From: Candidatus Hadarchaeota archaeon
GTDB lineage: Archaea > Hadarchaeota > Hadarchaeia > Hadarchaeales > Hadarchaeaceae
DNA length: 32,000 nucleotides
Direction of reading: 5' to 3'
Assembly: GCA_964514965.1 (NCBI GenBank)
Contig: CAZETV010000001.1
Span: forward strand, 573,063 to 605,062
Shown here piece after piece: positions 8,347 through 17,293 of the stretch (the stretch's first letter is position 1; each line of letters starts with the position of its first letter). Position numbers and translations under genes: made by a program. The notes beneath the pieces are model-generated. The model did not search any database. It was not told the DNA's origin and was given only the letters and a program-made list of their open reading frames with translations.

Positions 8347-8350
8347 GTGA

Positions 8351-9433
8351 ATGAGCAAGCGGACTGTCAATCGAAAAATTGATCACGTCAGAATTTGTTT
8401 AGAAAAAAACGTCGAAGCCCCCCTTAAGGGCCCCGGTTTCGAAGACATCGAACTTGTCCATAATGCCCTCCCGGATATCAACTTTGAGGAAATCGACCTG
8501 GGCACTTCCTTCCTAGGAGCTAAGCTTGGGGCGCCAATAATGATATGCGCGATGACGGGCGGCTACCAGCGGGGAGGGGAAATAAATCTGGTCTTGGCCT
8601 CAGTAGCGCAGGAACTCGGATTGGCTTTCAGCGTTGGAAGCCAGCGCGCGGCAATCGAGGACAAAAAATTGGCGAAGACGTACAAAGTTCGAAACGTTGC
8701 CCCAGATATCTTCCTCGTGGGCAATTTGGGCATGCCCCAGCTGACACATGGCTATAGAGTTGCGGAAGCATGTCGAGCTGTCGAGATGATTGACGCAGAT
8801 GCTCTCTCAATCCACATGAACACACTCCAAGAGCTCGTGCAGCCTGAAGGCGAACCTAGATACAAAGGCGCCCTTGCAAAGTTTGCCAAAATCTGTAGGG
8901 CGCTCAAGTGCCCGATGATAGCCAAGGAGACGAGCAACGGAGTGAGCGCAGAAGTTGCAAGAAAGCTGGTCGGTGCTGGGGCTGCGGCGATTGATGTCAG
9001 CGGCGCCGGAGGAACTTCTTGGGCTAAAGTGGAGGCGCTTCGCTCACAATCCCACGCTCGCTTAGGACATGTCTTCTGGAACTGGGGCATCCCAACAACG
9101 GTATGCACAGCGGAGGTGGTCAAGGAAGTTAGGGTGCCAGTGATTTCAAGCGGCGGCGTACGCACGGGATTGGATGCCGCGAAAGCGTTTGCGCTAGGTG
9201 CCGATCTCGTCGGTTTGGCGCTTCCCCTCTTGCGTGCCGTCCCCCGAGGCAGAAAAGCTGTTGTCAAGCTTTTAAACAATTTCATTATGGAGTTGAAGGC
9301 CGCGATGTTTCTCACCGGCTGCAAGCGAGTCGAGGATTTGCATAAAGTGCCTATCGTGATCACGGGCAGGACACGCGAGTGGTTCCTAGCTCGCGGCTTG
9401 AACCCAGATGAGTTTGGACGAGGGCGACGATGA
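8351..9433 (+). CDS. fni: Type 2 isopentenyl-diphosphate delta-isomerase
   Basis: [62 protein letters not shown]-like motif, [27 protein letters not shown]. Confidence 0.95.
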   Translation: MSKRTVNRKIDHVRICLEKNVEAPLKGPGFEDIELVHNALPDINFEEIDLGTSFLGAKLGAPIMICAMTGGYQRGGEINLVLASVAQELGLAFSVGSQRAAIEDKKLAKTYKVRNVAPDIFLVGNLGMPQLTHGYRVAEACRAVEMIDADALSIHMNTLQELVQPEGEPRYKGALAKFAKICRALKCPMIAKETSNGVSAEVARKLVGAGAAAIDVSGAGGTSWAKVEALRSQSHARLGHVFWNWGIPTTVCTAEVVKEVRVPVISSGGVRTGLDAAKAFALGADLVGLALPLLRAVPRGRKAVVKLLNNFIMELKAAMFLTGCKRVEDLHKVPIVITGRTREWFLARGLNPDEFGRGRR

Positions 9434-10758
9434 TGACTGTTGAAATTCTCCCGTTGGGCGGTTTGGGTGAAGTCGGCAAAAACATGACTGCTCTAGGTTT
9501 CGATGGCAAGTACGTGATTATCGACATGGGAGTAAGGCTCGACAGTATCATGGCGTTCGAGGATGCCGAGATAGGGAATATGAGCCGTGAGGAACTCATA
9601 AACATAAACGGCATTCCCGACGATAGCCCGCTCCGCAACCGGAAGGTTCAAGCAATCGTACTCACTCACGGGCACCTCGACCACATAGGCGCGATTGGCA
9701 AGCTAGCCCACTTCTATGACGCCCCGATTTACGGTACTCCGTTCACCATCGAACTCGTGAAACACGTTATACGCGAGGAACGCACTTTCAAGCCCAAGAA
9801 CGAGCTTCGCACGGTGACGCCGGGAGATAGCGTGGAGGTGAACGACATCGAGCTGAATTTCATCCCCGCTGCCCACAGCATCCTTCAAACGACCCTCATC
9901 ACCGCTCATAGCGCGGATGGGGTTGTTCTCTTTGCCAGCGACTTCAAATTAGACGAAGAACCCCCATTGGGATATAAAACAGATCGTGCCTGCTTGAAAA
10001 AGCTGGCTAGAGATGGAGTGCTAGCGGCACTTGTCGGAGCAATAAGGGTAGATGAACCCGGTCCAACCCCCTCAGAGAATTACGCGAAGGAGATGCTCCA
10101 AAAGACAATGGGAGAAGCAAGCTCCACTGGCAAGGCGGTACTCGTGACAACTTTCTCTTCACACATCGCTAGGCTAAAATCGATAGTCGACATTTCATTC
10201 GAGCTTGGGCGTACCCCGGTGCTAATCGGACGCTCACTCCGCAATTACTGCACGGCTGCACTTCACCTTGATTTGGTTGACTTCCCTTCAGAGCTACGCA
10301 TTCATGGACGCCCGAACGCGGTTCACAACCTGCTCGGTGAGGTTGAGAAATCGAGGGGGGACTACGTGCTCGTTTGCACAGGACACCAAGGGGAACCGAC
10401 ATCGGTGCTCTCGCGTATCGCGAACAGGCAGCTTCCTTTCAAGATCAAGCGTGGTGATGAGGTAATATTTTCAGCAAGTGTTATTCCAAATCCGATAAAT
10501 GAATCCAATCGTGAACTCCTCGAAACGAAGCTTCAAGCCCAAGGGGCCAACATCCACCGCGATGTCCATGTCTCAGGTCACGCCGGGCGGATTGACACCA
10601 TGGAGTTCCTTGAGCTCGTAAAACCCGAACATCTAATCCCTTGCCATAGCACCATGGACAAGCTCAGTCTTATGGCAGACTTGGGGCGAGAGCTTGGGTA
10701 TCCGAATGAAAATATGCATTTGCTTAGAAATGGGTCACGCCTAAGGTTGAGTGGTTAA
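9430..10758 (+). CDS. RNase J family beta-CASP/metallo-beta-lactamase ribonuclease
   Basis: [55 protein letters not shown]-like, [29 protein letters not shown]. Confidence 0.95.
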   Translation: MMTVEILPLGGLGEVGKNMTALGFDGKYVIIDMGVRLDSIMAFEDAEIGNMSREELININGIPDDSPLRNRKVQAIVLTHGHLDHIGAIGKLAHFYDAPIYGTPFTIELVKHVIREERTFKPKNELRTVTPGDSVEVNDIELNFIPAAHSILQTTLITAHSADGVVLFASDFKLDEEPPLGYKTDRACLKKLARDGVLAALVGAIRVDEPGPTPSENYAKEMLQKTMGEASSTGKAVLVTTFSSHIARLKSIVDISFELGRTPVLIGRSLRNYCTAALHLDLVDFPSELRIHGRPNAVHNLLGEVEKSRGDYVLVCTGHQGEPTSVLSRIANRQLPFKIKRGDEVIFSASVIPNPINESNRELLETKLQAQGANIHRDVHVSGHAGRIDTMEFLELVKPEHLIPCHSTMDKLSLMADLGRELGYPNENMHLLRNGSRLRLSG

Positions 10759-11757
10759 ATGGACGTACTGAAGTATATGGCGGAGCGGGCGCGCATAGTT
10801 GAGCGCGAGATTGACCGTTGGGTTTCTCGTGAACTTGAGCCTGAGATATTAGCGCGCGCGACGCGGTACTTACTTGAAGCTGGAGGGAAACGGCTCCGCC
10901 CATGCCTTGCGCTCACTGCGTGCGAAGCGGTGGGGGGTAAAAAAGAGGATGCCCTCGAAGCAGCGGCAGCGCTTGAACTCCTACACAATTTCACCCTTAT
11001 CCACGACGACATAATGGACCAAGATGAGTTCAGGCGGAACGTGAAGACGGTGCATATACTATGGGGCGTGCCTGTTGCGATTATAGCTGGCGACGCTCTC
11101 TCCGCGAAGGTCTTTGAGGCTTTAGCTGCGAACGCCAAACGGCTTGAGCTCGATGGCACCCGCGTGGTCGAGCTCTTCGACACTGTAAGCAAAGCTAGCT
11201 TTGAAATCTGTCAGGGGCAGGTGCTTGACATGTTATTTGAAAGACGCGCAGACGTGAGCGAGGCTGAATACATACACATGGTCAGTGGGAAGACGGGGGC
11301 GCTTCTAGATGCATCCACGAAGATTGGAGCTCTTTTGGGGAGAGGAAACCCCGAGCAAGTCCGCGCACTCGCTGAATACGGGCGATTGATTGGGATGACA
11401 TTTCAAATGCGGGATGATGTGCTCGGCGTGTCGGGTGAGCAGGAAAAGTTTGGTAAGCCAATAGGAAGCGATATTCGAGAGGGCAAGCGAACGCTCATCG
11501 TAGCCAGGGCCCTCGCTACTGCACCACAGGAGGACAAATCCACGATTTTACACGCGCTTGGCAAGCGAGACGCATCGGAAGCCGAACTGAATGCAGCGAT
11601 TGAAGTACTAAAACGTACGGGCGCAATTGATTATGTAGCCGAACGAGCGCGGGATCTCATTGCCCAAGCTAAATCGAAGTTGAAGATATTGCCAGAGTCA
11701 AGAGCGAGGGAAGTTTTGTCAGAATTAGCGGATTTCACGGTCAAACGGGAGTTTTGA
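10759..11757 (+). CDS. idsA: Trans-isoprenyl diphosphate (geranylgeranyl diphosphate) synthase
   Basis: GGKRLRPCLALTACEA, ELLHNFTLIHDDIMDQDEFRR, GQVLDMLF, FQMRDDVLGV. Confidence 0.94.
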   Translation: MDVLKYMAERARIVEREIDRWVSRELEPEILARATRYLLEAGGKRLRPCLALTACEAVGGKKEDALEAAAALELLHNFTLIHDDIMDQDEFRRNVKTVHILWGVPVAIIAGDALSAKVFEALAANAKRLELDGTRVVELFDTVSKASFEICQGQVLDMLFERRADVSEAEYIHMVSGKTGALLDASTKIGALLGRGNPEQVRALAEYGRLIGMTFQMRDDVLGVSGEQEKFGKPIGSDIREGKRTLIVARALATAPQEDKSTILHALGKRDASEAELNAAIEVLKRTGAIDYVAERARDLIAQAKSKLKILPESRAREVLSELADFTVKREF

Positions 11758-11774
11758 TGGGGCCAGTCCCCCAA

Positions 11775-11996
11775 TTACTGCACGAGCATTTCCCCTTTCT
11801 TGGAGAGGCGATACTTCCCCTCATCTTCCTCCACAAATCCGGCTTTATTGAGCTCTCGGAGCCCACTTCTTACTCGGAATAAAGGTTGACCCGTTTTGTT
11901 TGCAATCTCGTTAGAGGATAATGTTCCATTCTTTAACGATTTCAGCAGACCTATCCCGCTTGATGTCGGCTTACCGTCTGGAGATACGCAAGGCAT
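11775..11996 (-). CDS. Small winged-helix-like transcriptional regulator (73 aa)
   Basis: LLKSLKNGTLSSNEIANKTGQPLFRVRSGLRELNKAGFVEEDEGKYRLSKKG helix-turn-helix plus wing pattern. Confidence 0.7.
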   Translation of the reverse strand: MPCVSPDGKPTSSGIGLLKSLKNGTLSSNEIANKTGQPLFRVRSGLRELNKAGFVEEDEGKYRLSKKGEMLVQ

Positions 11997-12013
11997 GACA
12001 TCTCAGCTTCCTT

Positions 12014-12667
12014 TTAGAGTTTCTTCATGCAGAGGTACCATTCTTTGCACTCGTAACCTTCTTTAAGCCTTTCTTCCGCCTGCTCTGCTGTTGTTGGAGG
12101 AGGAACTATAACCAGGTCACCCGGGTTCCAGTTGGCAGGTGTAGCTACTTTATGCTGGTCTGTCGTCTGTAAGGCATCTATTAACCTCAGGATTTCCTTC
12201 ATGTTTCTGCCGGTAGTGAGTGGATAGTAAATCATGGCTCTTATCTTACTCTCAGGGTCAATCACGAAAACACATCGAACGGTCTCGGTCTTACTTTGAT
12301 CTGGGTGTATCATTCCATATTTTTTAGCAATTTCTTTGTTTAGGTCTGCAATAATTGGGAACGGTATCTTAACACCCATTTTCTCTTCTACGTTTCTCAT
12401 CCACGCTATGTGCGAAGAAACACTGTCCACGCTCAAACCCAAGAGTTCTACCTTCCTCTTTTTAAGCTCTTCATATATTCCAGAAAAAGCAATAAATTCT
12501 GTCGTGCAAACGGGCGTAAAATCAGCTGGGTGAGAAAACAAGACGAGCCAACTGCCCTCAAAATCTGAAAGCCTCAACACTCCTTGCGTTGTCATTGCTT
12601 CAAAGGCCGGAGCTTTTCGACCTAATACAGGAAATCCTACCTCTTCTTTACCGATTTCTTCAACCAT
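12014..12667 (-). CDS. Peroxiredoxin (archaeal Prx6/AhpC type)
   Basis: LFSHPADFTPVCTTEFIAF active-site motif, LSVDSVSSHIAWMRN, VFVIDPESKIRAMIYYPLTTGRN, C-terminal YECKEWYLC. Confidence 0.95.
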   Translation of the reverse strand: MVEEIGKEEVGFPVLGRKAPAFEAMTTQGVLRLSDFEGSWLVLFSHPADFTPVCTTEFIAFSGIYEELKKRKVELLGLSVDSVSSHIAWMRNVEEKMGVKIPFPIIADLNKEIAKKYGMIHPDQSKTETVRCVFVIDPESKIRAMIYYPLTTGRNMKEILRLIDALQTTDQHKVATPANWNPGDLVIVPPPTTAEQAEERLKEGYECKEWYLCMKKL

Positions 12668-12703
12668 TTTTACCCCCCTCTATTTCTGCTCAATTTATAA
12701 TTT

Positions 12704-12844
12704 ATGAACATGAAAGGTAAAAAATTTTCGGATATCTCTACAAAAACAGCTGTTATCATTACTTTAATCGCGTACACAAGCATGGCTGGAATGTTTTTTG
12801 CCGCACCGAAAACTTCATTGAAAATCGCAAGAATACCTCCCTAA
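12704..12844 (+). CDS. Predicted single-pass membrane microprotein (46 aa)
   Basis: ATG...TAA encoding MNMKGKKFSDISTKTAVIITLIAYTSMAGMFFAAPKTSLKIARIPP; basic N-terminus then hydrophobic stretch; absent from the ORF track because of length. Confidence 0.4.
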   Translation: MNMKGKKFSDISTKTAVIITLIAYTSMAGMFFAAPKTSLKIARIPP

Positions 12845-12849
12845 TAAGG

Positions 12850-12859
12850 TTTATATATT
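12850..12859 (+). promoter_or_regulatory. Archaeal TATA-box-like element (TTTATATATT)
   Basis: A/T-rich TATA-like octamer about 50-60 nt upstream of the ATG at 12910, with G-rich leader in between. Confidence 0.5.
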
Positions 12860-12909
12860 CAATTCAGCATATTCCCGTATCCAATATAGGGTGGTGGGCG
12901 GGTGGGGAT

Positions 12910-13434
12910 ATGGAGACGTTTTTGCTCATTTTGCTCCAGTGCGTAGGTATCTTTTTTGCTCGAGTGGTTGATGTCACTCTCGGTACCATTCGGATTATCA
13001 TGCAGGGAAAGGGTGAGAAATCCCTAGCCGCACTCATAGGTTTTTTTGAGATAATCATCTGGGCGCTCGTGGTAAGTCAAATAATAAATAACTTGAACAA
13101 CATCTATTTCCTCTTATCTTTTGCTTTGGGCTTTGCAGCTGGGAACTATATCGGCGTGACCATCGATGAGAAAATAGCGAGGGGATATGCCCTTGCGCAT
13201 ATCGTACCGAAAGAAAATTATAAACTAGCTGAGAAACTCCGCCAGGCAGGTTTCGGCGTTACCGTAAACCCTGGTGTGGGTTCGCACGACATCTATCACG
13301 TTGTTCTCAAAAGAAAGAAATTACCCGCCCTGATAAAGATGGTCGGAACAGAGGATAATGGAGGCCTGTACGCCGTTACGGATGTAAAATATGAACATGG
13401 AACCTTCATGAAGAAAGCAGGCAAAAAGAAATAG
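12910..13434 (+). CDS. UPF0316/DUF5698-DUF2179-like membrane protein
   Basis: CVGIFFARVVDVTLGTIRIIMQGKGEKSLAALIGFFEIIIWALVVSQIINNLNN, GNYIGVTIDEKIARGY. Confidence 0.8.
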   Translation: METFLLILLQCVGIFFARVVDVTLGTIRIIMQGKGEKSLAALIGFFEIIIWALVVSQIINNLNNIYFLLSFALGFAAGNYIGVTIDEKIARGYALAHIVPKENYKLAEKLRQAGFGVTVNPGVGSHDIYHVVLKRKKLPALIKMVGTEDNGGLYAVTDVKYEHGTFMKKAGKKK

Positions 13435-13566
13435 TGCAACCCATAATTTGGTATTATTTCGGGTTATACTTTTTAGAAATCCCCAAAATTTCAGGAAAAA
13501 TTGCTGTTCACGCGCCACACTTCAACTTTATTTGCGACTTCAATAGAATGTCTGTTGAGTGATTGA

Positions 13567-15258
13567 TTGGAGGATATTCGTAGAGAAGCACTACGATGGG
13601 CTCTCACAAACGCCGTTGAGCACAAGGGACGAGCGAGCGCAAAGGCCGTGCTGGGAAAGCTTGTGGCGGAGCTACCGGGTTGGCGTCCCAAAATCAAGGA
13701 GCTCTCCGCAATGGTTGAGCAAGTCGTGGCTGAGGTCAACGAGCTTCCCCGCGAGGAGCAGCTATCCAAGCTTCGCGAGGTAGGCCCTGTTGAGCGACTG
13801 AAGCCCGAGGAGCGGCACGGTTTGCCCGAGCTTCCAGATATTGAAAAATACCCGATGGTTACCACACGCTTCGCCCCGAACCCTAATGGACCGCTGCACC
13901 TAGGGCATGCCAGGACTGCCCTGCTCAGCCACGAGTACGCCCGCCGATATAAAGGCAAATTCATCCTTCGCTTCGAAGACACGAATCCCGAGAACGCGCT
14001 GCTTGAGATGTACGAACTCATCCGCCGAGACCTCCGATGGTTAGGCATGAGCTGGGACGAAGAGTACGCGCAGTCCGACCGCCTCGAGCTATACTACAAT
14101 TATGCAGAGCAACTCTTGCACGAGGGCAAGGCGTACATATGCACCTGCCCCACCAAGGACTTCCGGGAGTTGCGCGATCGGAAAAAGCCCTGTCCATGTC
14201 GCGAGCTTTCTAGCGAAAAACAGCTCCAACGATGGCAGCGGATGCTGTCCGGTGGAATCGCTAAGGGAGAAGCAGTTGTGCGCATCAAAACCGATCTAAA
14301 CCATCCAAACCCTGCTTTGCGCGATTGGCCTGCGCTTCGGGTGACGGCTAAACCTCACCCGCGTGTGGGAGAGCGCTACTCGGTTTGGCCCCTCTACAAC
14401 TTCTCGGTCACAATCGACGACCATGAAATGGGAGTGACGCACATTCTTAGAGGGAAGGAGCACGAAGTCAACGAACAGCGCCAGCGCACGCTCTTCAAGC
14501 ACTTTGGATGGGAGTACCCTACGGCGATTCAGCACGGGCGTTTAAACATGGCCGGGATGGCATTGAGCAAGACCCAGATAATGCTGGGCATCAGAAGCGG
14601 TGAGCTCACAGGCTACGACGATGTGAGGTTGGGGACGATTACAGCACTCAGGCGCCGGGGCTTCGCGCCCGATGCAATCAAACAACTTATCTTAGATATT
14701 GGCCCTACACTCGTTGATGCCTCGCTCAGCTGGGAGACGCTCTACGCTTACAACCGAAAGTTCGCAGATGAACAGGCAAACCGTTATTTCTTCGTCCCGA
14801 ACCCTGTGAAAGTGCTAGTGCACAAGGCGCCTGACCTAAAGCAGGCCCAGCTTCGCTTGCATCCGAGCCATCCTGAATATGGGGAGCGAATCTTGCCGCT
14901 CGCGCGCGAGGGAGATGCGCTCGTGTTTTATCTCGCTAGCGAAGATACTACCGCTCTACAGGAGGGGCAAACCTTCCGCCTTAAGGACTTAATGAATGTG
15001 ACTCTTAGCTCGAAGGGAAAGATGCTTGAGACTGAGTTTCAGGGGCTTGAGCTCGCAGACGTGCCGAAAATCCAGTGGGTTTCAGCAGGGGCGGTGGAGG
15101 TTGAGGTGATAAAACCTGACGATTCCCGTGAATTTGGACTAGCAGAGCCGGCAGTGGCAGGTCTCAAGGTCGACACCATCTTACAGTTTGAGCGATACGG
15201 GTTCGTTCGGGTTGATGCAGTCAGGCCAAAACTCGTTGCGATCTACGCCCATCGGTAA
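13567..15258 (+). CDS. gltX: Glutamate--tRNA ligase (archaeal type); exact start uncertain
   Basis: VTTRFAPNPNGPLHLGHARTALLSHEYARRYKGKFILRFEDTNPE; TGYDDVRLGTITALRRRGFAPDAI; ALSKTQIM. Confidence 0.94.
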   Translation: MEDIRREALRWALTNAVEHKGRASAKAVLGKLVAELPGWRPKIKELSAMVEQVVAEVNELPREEQLSKLREVGPVERLKPEERHGLPELPDIEKYPMVTTRFAPNPNGPLHLGHARTALLSHEYARRYKGKFILRFEDTNPENALLEMYELIRRDLRWLGMSWDEEYAQSDRLELYYNYAEQLLHEGKAYICTCPTKDFRELRDRKKPCPCRELSSEKQLQRWQRMLSGGIAKGEAVVRIKTDLNHPNPALRDWPALRVTAKPHPRVGERYSVWPLYNFSVTIDDHEMGVTHILRGKEHEVNEQRQRTLFKHFGWEYPTAIQHGRLNMAGMALSKTQIMLGIRSGELTGYDDVRLGTITALRRRGFAPDAIKQLILDIGPTLVDASLSWETLYAYNRKFADEQANRYFFVPNPVKVLVHKAPDLKQAQLRLHPSHPEYGERILPLAREGDALVFYLASEDTTALQEGQTFRLKDLMNVTLSSKGKMLETEFQGLELADVPKIQWVSAGAVEVEVIKPDDSREFGLAEPAVAGLKVDTILQFERYGFVRVDAVRPKLVAIYAHR

Positions 15259-15306
15259 ATTAAAATACTAAACTGAACTTCGTATGATACAGGTCACAAC
15301 CTATGA

Positions 15307-15711
15307 ATGATGAAGGTGAAGCCGAAGGAGGTGTTTGAAGTGGCCAAACCAATTTACGTGCGATTTGAGGTGCCGAAGGAGCTGGCGGATAAGGCTTACG
15401 AGGCAGTCGAGAACGCACGAGATACGGGAAAACTAAGGAAAGGTACTAACGAAACAACCAAGGCAGTCGAGCGAAAGCAGGCCGTGCTGGTTATCATAGC
15501 CGAGGATGTCGAGCCAGCTGAAATCGTCGCTCACTTGCCCCCGCTTTGCGATGAGAAGGGCGTCCCATATATTTATGTTTCCAGCAAACGCGAGCTCGGG
15601 GCAGCAGCAGGCATAGATCTCGGGACAGCAGCAATAACGATAGTCGAAGCCGGACGAGCGACGGAAATTGTAAAGGAAATAGTCGAGCGCATTCGCGATC
15701 TGAAGAAGTGA
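15307..15711 (+). CDS. rpl7ae: Ribosomal protein eL8 / L7Ae, k-turn binding protein
   Basis: [48 protein letters not shown]...[13 protein letters not shown]. Confidence 0.97.
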   Translation: MMKVKPKEVFEVAKPIYVRFEVPKELADKAYEAVENARDTGKLRKGTNETTKAVERKQAVLVIIAEDVEPAEIVAHLPPLCDEKGVPYIYVSSKRELGAAAGIDLGTAAITIVEAGRATEIVKEIVERIRDLKK

Positions 15712-15715
15712 GTTC

Positions 15716-15931
15716 ATGCCAGCTGAGGAGTTAGGCTTTCCGGCCGAGATAATCGAGATTCGGACTCGCACAGGCGTAACAGGAGAAATTTTGCAAGTCA
15801 AGTGCCGTGTACTCGAGGGGCGAGATAAGGGGCGCATTATAACCCGCAACGTCAAGGGGCCTGTACGCGCAGGCGATATTCTCATGCTCCGAGAGACTGA
15901 GCGAGAGGCAAAAGAAATTAGGGTGCCTTGA
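15716..15931 (+). CDS. rps28e: Ribosomal protein eS28
   Basis: [51 protein letters not shown]. Confidence 0.96.
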   Translation: MPAEELGFPAEIIEIRTRTGVTGEILQVKCRVLEGRDKGRIITRNVKGPVRAGDILMLRETEREAKEIRVP

Positions 15932-16123
15932 ATGCCGGTCGCGCGAAAGTGCTCCTTCTGCGGTGGGCGGGTTGAGCCTGGCACTGGCTTGATGCTCGTT
16001 CGGCGCGATGGGTCAATTTTATTTTTGTGCTCGAGCAAGTGCGAGCGAAACTTCGAGATGGGGCGGAAACCGCACCGCGTGAAGTGGACCGAGCGCTCCC
16101 GAAAGGCGAGGGGAAAGGCTTGA
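15932..16123 (+). CDS. rpl24e: Ribosomal protein eL24
   Basis: CSFCGGRVEPGTGLMLVRRDGSILFLCSSKCERNFEM..KPHRVKWT zinc-finger. Confidence 0.96.
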   Translation: MPVARKCSFCGGRVEPGTGLMLVRRDGSILFLCSSKCERNFEMGRKPHRVKWTERSRKARGKA

Positions 16124-16527
16124 GGGAGCGGACCTTCGCCATGGTGAAGCCAGATGGAGTAGCAAAAGGCCTAACTGATGAAATTATTGCGCGAATCGAT
16201 AGGGCTGGTCTAAAAATAGTTTCGATGCGTCGGATGAAGCTCGATCGAGGACTCGCAGAAGAGCTTTACTCGGTGCATCGGGGCAAAGATTTCTTCGAAC
16301 GTTTGGTCGAGCACGTACTTTCAGGAGAGGTGGTCGTTATGCTGGTCGAGGGGGACCGTGCAATAGCGCGAATTCGTGAACTCTTGGGTGCCACAGACCC
16401 GACTAAGGCCGCTAAAGGAACGATTCGAAGTGACTTCGGGTCGAGCATTACAGAAAATATTATTCACGCTGCAGATTCCGCAGAAAACGCTGGACGAGAA
16501 ACGCGAATTTTCTTCGGAGGAGCCTGA
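16120..16527 (+). CDS. ndk: Nucleoside-diphosphate kinase (TTG start; the ORF track extends too far upstream to 16027)
   Basis: RTFAMVKPDGVAKGLTDEII, GATDPTKAAKGTIRSDFG, ENIIHAADS; TTGA overlap with rpl24e stop. Confidence 0.94.
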   Translation: MRERTFAMVKPDGVAKGLTDEIIARIDRAGLKIVSMRRMKLDRGLAEELYSVHRGKDFFERLVEHVLSGEVVVMLVEGDRAIARIRELLGATDPTKAAKGTIRSDFGSSITENIIHAADSAENAGRETRIFFGGA

Positions 16528-16659
16528 GCCTCTTTTTCATGAGAATTCGAGCAAGCTAAAATTTAACTTTTTTGTGTTTTAATTTAGGCCATATAGGTCA
16601 ATTTTAAATTTTGATTTAGCGCCTATTTGTCTCAAAAATAGCCAATGAGAAACTTGCTC

Positions 16660-17139
16660 TCAATGTTTTCCATATATCGAATTGAATAGCTTCACTATTG
16701 GGGTCAATAGAATTCTCACGACACGACGCAACATTTCAGATTTTTCAATTGTGTGGGCTATTGGAGGAGACAACTTGTAGTATAAACGAACAAACATTTC
16801 CCCCGTGCGATTTTGTAATAGGAACACGTCCCTGAATTTCCTAAGTATGTTTACTTCATACGCCATAGGGGTCCCAAAAGTTGCCGTTGCAATAAAACAT
16901 CCCCCACCTCTTCGCTCAAGCGACTCTTTCCATTCCATTCCACAACTTGGACAACGAAATTCAATGTGTGGAACGGTCCTAGTTCGTTTTTTGAAAAAGG
17001 TTCTCTCTTCTTTATCCACATCTACTTTACCCAAGAGGTCCATTGGTTTATAGCAGTCCGGGCAAACAACAACCGGGAGACCGATTGGAACCTTAGGTTT
17101 ACTTTTTGGATTCTCTTCTTTCTTCTTCATAATGCGCAC
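16660..17139 (-). CDS. Zinc-ribbon protein with C-terminal CFI-box-like domain
   Basis: CPDCYKPMDLL...EFRCPSCGMEWKE zinc ribbon; GGCFIATATFGTPMAYEVNILRKFRD...YYKLSPPIAHTIEKSEMLRRVVR. Confidence 0.8.
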   Translation of the reverse strand: MRIMKKKEENPKSKPKVPIGLPVVVCPDCYKPMDLLGKVDVDKEERTFFKKRTRTVPHIEFRCPSCGMEWKESLERRGGGCFIATATFGTPMAYEVNILRKFRDVFLLQNRTGEMFVRLYYKLSPPIAHTIEKSEMLRRVVRILLTPIVKLFNSIYGKH

Positions 17140-17158
17140 ATTTAGTAAGTCTCTACAT

Positions 17159-17168
17159 TATTTAAATA
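17159..17168 (-). promoter_or_regulatory. TATA-box-like TATTTAAATA for the reverse-strand gene
   Basis: Centre lies about 25 nt upstream of the GTG at 17139, the spacing expected for a leaderless archaeal transcript. Confidence 0.5.
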
Positions 17169-17293
17169 CCTTCTGAGTCCATTTGGCCAATAGTCTCCTA
17201 CTGTGACGTTTAGCCTAAGAATTAGCCTTTTTTAAAACGATTGCAAAGCGACCCAGTTTAAATTAAAAGCAAACGCATGTTAAAAACGAGGCG

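Noticed and set aside
13491-14048. Long reverse-strand ORF (185 aa) opposite gltX
   Set aside because: Ser/Arg-rich composition typical of the antisense of a G/C-rich coding gene; overlaps strongly supported GluRS.
16529-16660. A/T-rich segment after ndk as a novel RNA
   Set aside because: Contains T-tracts consistent with archaeal termination but no stable paired structure could be found by eye.
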